From Candidatus Nomurabacteria bacterium (GTDB lineage Bacteria > Patescibacteriota > Minisyncoccia > Phycocordibacterales > UBA10002): a stretch of 64,000 bases of DNA. How positions within the stretch are numbered: the first letter of the stretch is position 1; every line of letters starts with the position of its first letter. The DNA is taken from assembly GCA_943354745.1 (NCBI GenBank), contig CALRDB010000002.1, forward strand, positions 3,679-67,678, in the 5' to 3' direction. The notes beneath the pieces are model-generated. The model searched no databases. It was given only the letters and a program-made list of their open reading frames with translations, and was not told the origin of the DNA. This document shows, one piece after another, positions 28,240 to 37,079 of the stretch. Position numbers and translations under genes: made by a program.

Positions 28240-28815
28240 TTATTTTGCCGTAAACGCTCCCGCTACTCCTTCTACAACGATATCTTCACGGTAGTTAAAA
28301 GCCGGTGTGCCAATATCTTTATACAAGACTACTTTGTATGTCCCAGCAGTAACTGTAGGTCGGAGGAGTTCAATGGTTACCTTCTGACCATTACCGACGA
28401 ATACCTTTTGTGCCCCGAGGATATTACCAAGCTTGCCATCTTTCTCTTCACGAACGGCAGCCCACAAAATATCTGCAGCATCCAAATTTGCGATTTCCAC
28501 ACGATCACCCGCAACCTGATCCACTACATGAAGATTGGTTACCGAAACGGTGCTCGTAGCAGTAGTACCAGCAGAAGAAACATCTGAGACCCCCTTAACT
28601 TTATTTGCTACTTCCTTAACCTTAGGTGTCTCGGCTTTCTTATCACCGGTAGCCTCCTTCACGGTAGCGGCCAAAGTGTCGTTAGTAGGAAGAGCGTTTC
28701 CACCTCGGCGATCTTGCCAAAATACCCCCGCGGCAAAACCAACAAGAAGTCCGATAATTAAAGCGGTGATAACCTTCGCGGAAGCACTGTTTGTCGCCGG
28801 CTCGATAGTTTCCAT
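28240..28815 (-). CDS. Hypothetical membrane-anchored secreted protein
   Basis: N-terminal TM helix, Thr/Ser-rich linker, C-terminal beta-rich domain. Confidence 0.4.
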   Translation of the reverse strand: METIEPATNSASAKVITALIIGLLVGFAAGVFWQDRRGGNALPTNDTLAATVKEATGDKKAETPKVKEVANKVKGVSDVSSAGTTATSTVSVTNLHVVDQVAGDRVEIANLDAADILWAAVREEKDGKLGNILGAQKVFVGNGQKVTIELLRPTVTAGTYKVVLYKDIGTPAFNYREDIVVEGVAGAFTAK

Positions 28816-28921
28816 AGAGAAAATCAGTTATGAATAAATATTAAGAATTATGGCTGTATTGTATTCAGATTGTCTCTATTGGAAATCTTGATTTAATTGA
28901 TATATATGTTATAAGTAACTT

Positions 28922-29668
28922 ATGGTTTTGCGCACTCGTTTTAAAAAAGACATTGTCTGTGAGTTTATTCCTCCCCCTCGCCCCTCACAAAAGGTGATTA
29001 TTTTCTGTAAGGGAATGCCTGGGTTACCCAGATGCCCAGAAGTGTTGGACTTCTGGTCCAAAAAAGGATACTGGGTATTTTTCCCCCGTTATCGTGGCAC
29101 CTGGGAAAGCGACGGCGAGTTTTTGAGGGAATCTCCCGAAAAGGACATTCTTGATGTCATCGACGAACTTCCAAAAGGATTTACCGATCTCTGGTCCGGT
29201 AAACGCTACACACTACCGACTACAAACTCCAAACTGTATATCTTCGGCGGTAGTTTCGGCGGGCCGGCTGCGATTCTTTGTTCGCGCGATCCACGTGTGA
29301 CGAAAGCGGTAGCTTTTGCCCCTGTCATTGACTGGGAAGCGCCGTCAGAGGAAGAGCCCATGGATAAACTCGGCGCATTTATTCCGAAAGGTTTTGGAAA
29401 TGGATATCGATTCTCGAAAAAGAATTGGGACCGACTCAGCCACAACAAGTTTTACAGTCCACTCAAAGAGTCCGATACAATAGACGGCAAAAAACTTCTC
29501 ATCTTCCACGCAAAGGATGACGAATCGTGCCACTATCCCGCGACCAAAACATTCGCCGAGAAAACCGGCGCACAGCTCATCACCCTCCGTACCGGTCGTC
29601 ATTTCGGTTTCTCAAAATCCATTGAGCCGAGGTTCTATAAGGAAATCAAAAAATTCCTTAACCACTGA
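28922..29668 (+). CDS. Alpha/beta hydrolase
   Basis: GGSFGG nucleophile elbow, Asp/His downstream (FHAKDDESCHY). Confidence 0.6.
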   Translation: MVLRTRFKKDIVCEFIPPPRPSQKVIIFCKGMPGLPRCPEVLDFWSKKGYWVFFPRYRGTWESDGEFLRESPEKDILDVIDELPKGFTDLWSGKRYTLPTTNSKLYIFGGSFGGPAAILCSRDPRVTKAVAFAPVIDWEAPSEEEPMDKLGAFIPKGFGNGYRFSKKNWDRLSHNKFYSPLKESDTIDGKKLLIFHAKDDESCHYPATKTFAEKTGAQLITLRTGRHFGFSKSIEPRFYKEIKKFLNH

Positions 29669-29829
29669 ATTTAGCTTTTATTTACGGCCGTAAATAAAAG
29701 CTGAGTTAGTAAAATGAAGCCACCAGACCCTCATATGAGTCTGAAGGTTGAGCCTTGCTTGTTTTTACAGAGACATTGTTTCAAGAGCGAGTATTTCGTC
29801 CGCCAGTTTTTTAAACTCCATCTTTGCAA

Positions 29830-30126
29830 CTAGTTCGCGTCCTGTTGTGATTTTGTAATACTGTTCCTCGAAAATTGCCTAAGCTCCACTGCCTGTGCTC
29901 GAAGTTCAACTGCCTTAGCATCATCAATATCATCCAAAATCTTCGCGGCTTCGCGAAGGGAGTCAACAACTTTGTCGACCACTATACCGTGCGATTCATT
30001 TTGGACCGGCCGACCATCGTCAAAGATACGACTCAAAACATGCCTGATGTTTTCCTTACCATTTTCAAGTACTTCGTGTGCCTTTTGATACGGAGGTTTT
30101 GGCGTCTCCCATTTTGTTTCGTTCAT
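29830..30126 (-). CDS. Hypothetical protein
   Basis: 98-aa acidic ORF. Confidence 0.35.
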   Translation of the reverse strand: MNETKWETPKPPYQKAHEVLENGKENIRHVLSRIFDDGRPVQNESHGIVVDKVVDSLREAAKILDDIDDAKAVELRAQAVELRQFSRNSITKSQQDAN

Positions 30127-30172
30127 AAAAGTAGAAATAATCTTCTAGTAATCTGTAAATAAAACTATAGCG

Positions 30173-31033
30173 TTATTTGAGTCCCTCCGCATCTTCAACC
30201 TTATACTCCCCTATCCGTGTACGACGAAGTCCTGCGAGCGTGGCGGGAACGCCGAGTCGCCGACCGAATTCTTCGGCGAGAGAGCGGATGTAGGTGCCGC
30301 TTGTAACGTCGAAGCGGGCAGAAATAATGGGGAGGCTTATTCCTCCTTTGTTAAAGGAGGTGCCTCCGTCTTCGGAGGCGGAGGATTTTAACCACCCCTC
30401 AATCCCCTCCTTCAGAACTTCTCCGCCTCGCAGACTCGGCACCTCCTCTGGGAGAAGAGGAGGTGGGAGGGGAGGAAATCCCTCACCTTTCGGGTCCCCT
30501 CCCTTTTTCAAAGGGAGAATCTTAAGTCCAAGAAACTCCACAGAAGTTATCTCCATCGTCTTTATCGGTGTATCTACGACTTCCCCACGCCTCGCTTTTT
30601 TGTAGAGCGCTTCTCCACCCCGTTTGATAGCGGAATACGCCGGAACCGGAAGCTCAAGCTTTCCTATCATTGTCTGCAGTATCTTTTCCATTTCTTCGTT
30701 TGAGATTTTAGAAATTGAATCATTATTTGAAAATTGAGAATTGGAAATTGGTAATTCTTCAAGAATCTTCCCCGTTATATCTCCCGTATCCGTTTTTACT
30801 CCGAGTAGTATTTCCGCTTCGTATGCTTTATCCAGCTTCAAAAACTCGTGCAGTTTTTTGGTTCCGTCGCCAACTCCGATAATCATGAGTCCTGTCGCCA
30901 TCGGGTCCAGCGTTCCCGCGTGCCCCATTTTGCGTATATTCAGCTTCTTCCGCAGTATACGGATACAGTCAAAGGAAGTAATGCCTTTAGGTTTATCAAC
31001 AAGTAGTATATTTTGAGGTAGAATAGTAACCAT
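30173..31033 (-). CDS. truB: tRNA pseudouridine(55) synthase with Pro/Gly-rich internal insertion
   Basis: LLVDKPKGITSFD…GHAGTLDPMATGLMIIGVG catalytic motif. Confidence 0.85.
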   Translation of the reverse strand: MVTILPQNILLVDKPKGITSFDCIRILRKKLNIRKMGHAGTLDPMATGLMIIGVGDGTKKLHEFLKLDKAYEAEILLGVKTDTGDITGKILEELPISNSQFSNNDSISKISNEEMEKILQTMIGKLELPVPAYSAIKRGGEALYKKARRGEVVDTPIKTMEITSVEFLGLKILPLKKGGDPKGEGFPPLPPPLLPEEVPSLRGGEVLKEGIEGWLKSSASEDGGTSFNKGGISLPIISARFDVTSGTYIRSLAEEFGRRLGVPATLAGLRRTRIGEYKVEDAEGLK

Positions 31034-31144
31034 ATCAGCTATTTAAATATCGAATACTAAATCTCGAATATCGAAAAATACTCAATATTTTAATAGTGAA
31101 TATTTAAGATTTTTTAGAAATTAGATATTAGATATTTCATTACT

Positions 31145-31399
31145 ATGTCTCACATTAGTCGCGACGAGTTTCGGAAAGCGCTTTATAAACTGCGAACAAG
31201 CGGTTCGTTCTCCAATCAGGAAATAGACGAGGTTGAAAACGTCTTTTATGGCAGTCTACATGAGAGTGGATTTTCCGCAGGCATCAGCCCCGAGGAGCTC
31301 CAAAAAGGAATTCACTATCTGAAACACCACCCGGAAAATCACCATCTTTCTCCCGATGAAATTAAGAAACTAGAGGAAGTGCTGACACACTATCTGTAA
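31145..31399 (+). CDS. Hypothetical protein
   Basis: 84-aa ORF. Confidence 0.35.
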   Translation: MSHISRDEFRKALYKLRTSGSFSNQEIDEVENVFYGSLHESGFSAGISPEELQKGIHYLKHHPENHHLSPDEIKKLEEVLTHYL

Positions 31400-31438
31400 A
31401 ACACTGAAAAGGCACGGACGGAAAACATTGAACTGAAC

Positions 31439-31846
31439 CTAAATATCACGAGTTCCGACTCGTTCCGTGTTGGTTTCGCTCTGCTTCTGTTCCGTGCCTT
31501 TCCTAAGTGTCCGTACTGCTCGGACCGCCTTTTTGAGATGACGGACAGCGAAAAAGCCTACCACACCGAGGACCAGAAGTAAGAATTTAGTTTTTAATTT
31601 TGTACCGGTGATAGCGGCAACAGAAAACTGAAGCATATTCGAGCCCGTAGAGGCTGCACCGAAATTAGAAAGCACATCACGCACTGACACAAAGACCGTA
31701 ACAAAAAATACGGTAATCACAAAGATGACACAATCAAACGCCAACGGAGCAAGATTCCTCAGCATGTACAAAAGATACACACGGCGCATAATGCGCTGTC
31801 TCAGTGTACGTCGTGTTTCTGTTTGGGTAATAAAATCGTCTTGCAT
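31439..31846 (-). CDS. Putative membrane anti-sigma factor
   Basis: Single TM protein encoded immediately downstream of ECF sigma gene, 4-nt spacing. Confidence 0.45.
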   Translation of the reverse strand: MQDDFITQTETRRTLRQRIMRRVYLLYMLRNLAPLAFDCVIFVITVFFVTVFVSVRDVLSNFGAASTGSNMLQFSVAAITGTKLKTKFLLLVLGVVGFFAVRHLKKAVRAVRTLRKGTEQKQSETNTERVGTRDI

Positions 31847-31850
31847 GTAC

Positions 31851-32462
31851 TTAATGACTTAACGGGCTCCGCGCTTTCCGTTTCTCGATTAATTCTTTCA
31901 GTTCTTGCTTTGCCCGATGCACTCTCGCACGTACGGCTCCTTCTGAAATACCGAGAATCCGCGCAACATCAGCATGAGGCTTCCCTTCTATAAAGTGTAA
32001 GCGCATTGGTTCGGCAAGGCCTTCTGAAAGTTCCTTAAGAAGTGATTCAACTTCATCACGGTTAAGCTCCTGCTCGCGACGCTCACCAGCTCCACGATCG
32101 GCTACAAGCTCCTGAAACTCAGGATCGAGATCTGCGAGAAAATTCCCATCTCCCTTAGCTTTCTTATACGCGGTAAAGCAGGTGTTAACAAGAATGCGGT
32201 AACCCCATGACTTGAAACCAGCCCCGGGCTGAGGTTCAAATCTTCGCGCGTTTTTGTAAATTTTTACGAAGGCATCTTGAACAGCATCTTGTGCCGCTTC
32301 TTTGGTGCCTAGGATGTAATACGCCTTACGCAAAAAAGCTTCCTCGTACCGTTCGAGTAGTTTTTCAAACAGATATGGTTTATCGAATGAACGCTTAAGT
32401 AGCTCTTCATCGGACAAACCAGTTATGATGTCCTTCTTTGCGTTAGGTTCTTCCAAAAGCAT
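31851..32462 (-). CDS. ECF-type RNA polymerase sigma factor (sigma-70 regions 2 and 4)
   Basis: Region 2 FVKIYKNARRF…WGYRILVN; region 4 HTH ADVARILGISEGAVRARVHRAKQEL. Confidence 0.8.
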   Translation of the reverse strand: MLLEEPNAKKDIITGLSDEELLKRSFDKPYLFEKLLERYEEAFLRKAYYILGTKEAAQDAVQDAFVKIYKNARRFEPQPGAGFKSWGYRILVNTCFTAYKKAKGDGNFLADLDPEFQELVADRGAGERREQELNRDEVESLLKELSEGLAEPMRLHFIEGKPHADVARILGISEGAVRARVHRAKQELKELIEKRKARSPLSH

Positions 32463-32753
32463 ACAGGGGTTTGATTACCTTATCGCAAATAGTACTCACC
32501 TTTCCTCTCCTCTGCAACTGAGTGAAGGACTCTGATGTTACACTCGCGTCGTTGAATATAGATATTGAAATATATTTTGAAGAAACGAAACTGTCCGTAG
32601 TTTACGAAAACCGCTCTCTTAACGTACACCTAAAAGAATAGATGTCCACACCTTACTCTTTCTCTCGTACGTAGAGCGTGCGATAATTAGCAGAACTACC
32701 TGCGCTCTTTGCAGGAAAAGGTCGAAGATCATTTCATCTAAATATTTACATAC

Positions 32754-32930
32754 ATGCGAAACAATTCCTCCTCGAACGGATTTCGACATCTCACCCCCAT
32801 CCTCATTGTCCTGCTCGCACTCCTCTTTCTGCTTGAAGCTATGAATTTACTCACACACGCGGTCGTCGCGGTCGTGTGGCCGATACTGTTCGGACTCATT
32901 GGTCTCGTCAAGCTCGAAGAAGCTAAGTAA
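32754..32930 (+). CDS. Small hydrophobic protein, 58 aa (not in ORF track, <60 aa)
   Basis: ATG…TAA ORF encoding MRNNSSSNGFRHLTPILIVLLALLFLLEAMNLLTHAVVAVVWPILFGLIGLVKLEEAK, followed by strong terminator. Confidence 0.35.
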   Translation: MRNNSSSNGFRHLTPILIVLLALLFLLEAMNLLTHAVVAVVWPILFGLIGLVKLEEAK

Positions 32931-32946
32931 CGCTAAACGAACGCAA

Positions 32947-32982
32947 AGAAAAACCCCGCCATGGCGGGGTTTTTCTTTTTCG
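32947..32982 (+). terminator. Rho-independent terminator
   Basis: aaaaaccccgccatggcggggtttttcttttt. Confidence 0.8.
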
Positions 32983-33089
32983 ATACCTTCTACAAAAATC
33001 ATTTGTCCACAAAGACAGTAGCTTTGTTCTGTCAGTTGATAGACGTAAGGAGATTCGTATATTCGTACCCCATTCGTAATTCGTAGTGA

Positions 33090-33428
33090 CTAGAAACTTC
33101 GGCGATCTCCACCTCTCTCACTGCCTCCACTGCCTCGATCGTTGCCACCACCACGACTGTCGAATCGTCGGGGAGGGCGGTCTGCCATCGGGCGAGCCTC
33201 GTTAACACGAAGCTTCCTTCCGTCCAAGTCTTTGTCGTTCCACATCTCGATGGCCTTGGCCGAGTCGGCCTCTTCCATCTCAACGAAGCCGAAGCCGCGT
33301 GAGCGACCACTCATCCTATCGGTGAGTACGGTTGCAGAAACAACCGCTCCAGACTGGGCAAAAGCGTCACGCAAGCTGTCGTTCGTTGTGTTGTACGACA
33401 AGTTGCCGACGTAAAGTTTTGTTGCCAT
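33090..33428 (-). CDS. RRM-domain RNA-binding protein with Gly/Arg-rich tail
   Basis: RNP2 LYVGNL, RNP1 RGFGFVEM; start at MATKLYVGNLS. Confidence 0.8.
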   Translation of the reverse strand: MATKLYVGNLSYNTTNDSLRDAFAQSGAVVSATVLTDRMSGRSRGFGFVEMEEADSAKAIEMWNDKDLDGRKLRVNEARPMADRPPRRFDSRGGGNDRGSGGSERGGDRRSF

Positions 33429-33634
33429 GTATTGAGAAAAACTATCCTTATAACTGTCTCCGACCTCGATCACCGCATCCGCACCGAGCGGATGAAAGAC
33501 CCTTCCTCAATACGGCTGCTTACGCTTCCTATACTTGAGAAAAAAGACAAATTCAAGATAGCACGATTAAAAAGAGGACGCAACGTGTATACCCTCACAC
33601 TAACTTCTTGAAGAAGTTCGTGTAGGGGTATAGT

Positions 33635-34015
33635 ATGAAAGCTGAAAAGTTGAACCTCAGAAACAGAAAGATTCTTATGAAAAATCCCTCGGCGTCTCAG
33701 ACGGAAAACTGGCTGGGTGCAATCTTCTTCCCCGTTCTTTTCGGTATTTTCACCTTTGGCGCTACGTTCATTCCATTCATCGGCGCCGTTGTTGTGATGA
33801 TACTGGTCTTTGGAGCAGGTTTTTTTATCACATGGTGCGACGCACCTACCGCGTGCCGGATACTTATCGGGGTAGGTTCCGCGACCGGATTTTTCTTGCC
33901 ATTACTGTTCAGACACGCTTCATTTGAGGCATGTATGTGGAACCTTATCCTTTTCGGGACAGTGGTCATTCTTGGTCTTATCCTCGGACAGAGAACTTCC
34001 TCAAGGCGGACATAA
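33635..34015 (+). CDS. Hypothetical membrane protein
   Basis: 3-4 TM helices; followed by terminator 34043-34075. Confidence 0.4.
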   Translation: MKAEKLNLRNRKILMKNPSASQTENWLGAIFFPVLFGIFTFGATFIPFIGAVVVMILVFGAGFFITWCDAPTACRILIGVGSATGFFLPLLFRHASFEACMWNLILFGTVVILGLILGQRTSSRRT

Positions 34016-34119
34016 TCACACCCTGTGTGTTTTCCAAAGTTTTACGACTCTCGTTTCGGGAGTCGTTCTTTTTTTACAACGTGTCTTGTGGAAACATCTA
34101 GACTTGTTAGAATACCCGT

Positions 34120-35430
34120 ATGTCAGAAGTAAAGAAAAGACTCTCAACCGAACCGTATAAAGGCGTGCGGGATTTCTATCCCGACGACTTTGCGGTGGAG
34201 AAATATATTTTCAGTGTCTGGAGTGATACCTGTCGGAAATTCGGCTATGAAGAATACACCGCTTCTATCCTTGAACCGGCGGAGCTCTACCGCGGGAAGA
34301 CCAGCGACGAAATTGTAAACGACCAGACCTATACCTTTACCGACCGAGGAGAACGTGAAGTTACCCTCCGCCCCGAGATGACCCCCACCGTAGCCAGACT
34401 CATTGCGGCGAAACGCAAGACGCTCTACTTCCCTGTCCGCTGGTTTTCTCTTCCGAATCTGTTCCGTTATGAGCGTCCTCAGCGTGGGCGCCTGCGTGAG
34501 CACTATCAGTTGAACGCCGATATTTTCGGCGTCGCCGGCATAGACGCAGAGACGGAAATAGTTTCGCTCGCCTATGAAATAATGCGTTCATTCGGCGTCG
34601 CTGACGGGAACTTTGAAATCCGTATTAACAGCCGGAAGGTGATGAACTACATCATAGAGCACCTCCTTGGTCAGACGGGTGAGGAAGGCAAAAAAACGGC
34701 ACAGCTCATTGACCGACGCGCGAAGATGGAGAAAGAAGTGTTTGAAAAGGCGCTCAGTGAACATCTGAAGGAAAAAGATACACTTCTTCTGACGCTTCTC
34801 AATTCCAAAAACTTTGAAGAATTCGTATCGCATCTCCCGAAAGTGCCTTCGCTTGAAGAAGCGCTTAAGGAAATTGACTCACTCAAAGCGTCACTTGAAG
34901 CACTGGGTATCATGAATGTTGTTTTTGACCAGACGCTGATGCGCGGATTTGATTACTACAGTGGTATCGTGTTTGAAGTATTTGATAAGAATCCGGCAAA
35001 TCCCCGCTCGCTGTTCGGAGGTGGCCGCTACGATAACCTGCTGGACCTGTTCGGCGTGGAGAAAGTACCGACCGTCGGATTCGGTATGGGTGATGTGACA
35101 ATCCACGACGTTTTGGAAACCTACGACCTGCTTCCGAAAAAGTTCCCTCCACCCGCAGACATCTATCTCTCCGCGTTTGACGCGAATTTCAAGGGTTACG
35201 TAAACGATATCGCGCAGAATCTCCGCCGAGCGGGAGTCCGTGTTGTCGTAGACTACGGAGCCGGCAAGGCGGGCACGAAAGTTGCAAATGCCGACCGCGC
35301 CAGAGTTCCCTTCTTCGCTCTTATCGGTGAAGCAGAAAAAGCTTCGGGACACATCAAGGTGAAAAATTTGGAGACCGGCAAAGAAGCTTTGCTTACGGAG
35401 GACAAAATTGCCGAATATATAAAAAGTTGA
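34120..35430 (+). CDS. hisS: Histidyl-tRNA synthetase
   Basis: KGVRDFYPDD, class II motifs, GGGRYDNL. Confidence 0.9.
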   Translation: MSEVKKRLSTEPYKGVRDFYPDDFAVEKYIFSVWSDTCRKFGYEEYTASILEPAELYRGKTSDEIVNDQTYTFTDRGEREVTLRPEMTPTVARLIAAKRKTLYFPVRWFSLPNLFRYERPQRGRLREHYQLNADIFGVAGIDAETEIVSLAYEIMRSFGVADGNFEIRINSRKVMNYIIEHLLGQTGEEGKKTAQLIDRRAKMEKEVFEKALSEHLKEKDTLLLTLLNSKNFEEFVSHLPKVPSLEEALKEIDSLKASLEALGIMNVVFDQTLMRGFDYYSGIVFEVFDKNPANPRSLFGGGRYDNLLDLFGVEKVPTVGFGMGDVTIHDVLETYDLLPKKFPPPADIYLSAFDANFKGYVNDIAQNLRRAGVRVVVDYGAGKAGTKVANADRARVPFFALIGEAEKASGHIKVKNLETGKEALLTEDKIAEYIKS

Positions 35431-35540
35431 TACGAATGCAACGAATTATCATGCGAATGCTACTAATCCACGAATCCCGACTCTCTTCATTCGCATATTC
35501 GAAGCATTCGTGCATTAATTTGTAGCATTCGTATCATGCT

Positions 35541-36116
35541 ATGAGAAAAGTCACCTTCGACATCGAAACCACCAATTTCTTCACCGACACCGGTTCCAAC
35601 GACCCGGCGTCTTTGACTATCGCGTGTGTATGCACGCACGATTCGGAAACGGACAAATATACAAGCTACTTTGAAGAGGATCTCCCTAAACTCTGGCCCA
35701 TTCTGGAAAAGGCCGATGTCCTCATTGGCTATAATTCAGACCACTTTGATATCCCGCTTTTGAATAAATACTACCCCGGAGACCTCACCAAAATTAAAAG
35801 TCTTGACCTAATGAAAGAGATCCAGAAAGTACTTGGCCGGCGTATCAAATTAGATTCCATCGCATCCGCGACCATTGGAGACCATAAAATTGCGCACGGT
35901 TCGATGGCTAACATTTGGTGGCGCCAAGGAGAAAAACAGAAGGTTGTGGAATACTGCCTCGATGATGTGAGGATTACCAAAGCGATTCACGATTACGCAC
36001 TCAAACATGGAAAAGTAAAATACCCAGATGGAAAAGTGATTAAGGAATTAGTTCTCGAAACGTCAAATTGGGAAATCAAGAATGAAACTGTTTTAACGCA
36101 TACGTTACCGTTCTAG
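35541..36116 (+). CDS. DEDD-family 3'-5' exonuclease (second copy)
   Basis: MRKVTFDIETTN (Exo I), GYNSDHFDIPLL (Exo II), YCLDDVRITKAIHDY (Exo III). Confidence 0.65.
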   Translation: MRKVTFDIETTNFFTDTGSNDPASLTIACVCTHDSETDKYTSYFEEDLPKLWPILEKADVLIGYNSDHFDIPLLNKYYPGDLTKIKSLDLMKEIQKVLGRRIKLDSIASATIGDHKIAHGSMANIWWRQGEKQKVVEYCLDDVRITKAIHDYALKHGKVKYPDGKVIKELVLETSNWEIKNETVLTHTLPF

Positions 36117-36163
36117 CGTACTCTCTACACTTCTATTTACTAATAATTTGTTATACTTCGTCC

Positions 36164-36979
36164 ATGGAAACATCAAAAAACAATCCACTCACGCTCCCGA
36201 TGGCAATTGTCATCGCAGGTCTTCTTATCGCCGGTGCGATTTTTGTTCGCGGAAATGAGACTTCCCCTTCAAAAGCCGTTGAAAAAGGCCGAGTAGCAGT
36301 ACAATCTCCGCCAGTACTTGGAGCTCTTACCCTTAACCCTGTCGACGAGACGAGAGATCATATCAGAGGAAACCCTGGTGCTGATATCGTATTCGTAGAG
36401 TTCTCAGATACGGAATGTCCATTCTGTAAGCGTTTCCACGCGACGATGCAACAAGTGATTAACGAGTACGGCAAATCAGGCAAAGTTGCCTGGGTCTATC
36501 GACAATTCCCTATCGTCCAGCTTCACTCGAGAGCTCCAAAAGAATCGGAGGCTATGGAGTGCGCCGCGGAAGTTGGTGGAAATGCTAAATTCTGGGAATA
36601 TGCGGACAGACTCTTCGCAGTTACGAATTCAAACAATAGTTTGGATCCTGGGGTACTTCCGCAGATCGCAACCGAAGTGGGGCTAAACAAAACTTCGTTT
36701 ACAGACTGTCTCTCAAGCGGAAGAACGCAGGCAAGAATCAAAGTTGACCAGGAAGATGGCAGGAGAGCCGGTATTAATGGAACACCGCACAGTATTCTGG
36801 TTCTCAAGAACCCAATATCAGAAAAGGGCAGAAAGGCGATTCTGGACCTTATGGAACAATACCGAGATCCAGAGGGAAACCTTCCGGTTGAATTCTCGCT
36901 TGATGGGCTCCGCGTTAGCCTCAATGGAGCGCTTCCATTCCCCATCATCAAGACCACCATTGAAGCAATTCTCAAATAG
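36164..36979 (+). CDS. DsbA-like thiol:disulfide oxidoreductase, membrane-anchored
   Basis: Thioredoxin-fold CPFC active site (FSDTECPFCKRFH); N-terminal TM. Confidence 0.75.
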   Translation: METSKNNPLTLPMAIVIAGLLIAGAIFVRGNETSPSKAVEKGRVAVQSPPVLGALTLNPVDETRDHIRGNPGADIVFVEFSDTECPFCKRFHATMQQVINEYGKSGKVAWVYRQFPIVQLHSRAPKESEAMECAAEVGGNAKFWEYADRLFAVTNSNNSLDPGVLPQIATEVGLNKTSFTDCLSSGRTQARIKVDQEDGRRAGINGTPHSILVLKNPISEKGRKAILDLMEQYRDPEGNLPVEFSLDGLRVSLNGALPFPIIKTTIEAILK

Positions 36980-37079
36980 ATTTAGGAAATAAGATTTACG
37001 ACATATGAAAAAGCCCGTTCTCGTGTGAGTGCGGGCTTTTTAGCATGAAAAATCGCCGATGTTTTCTTCTTACTACTCC

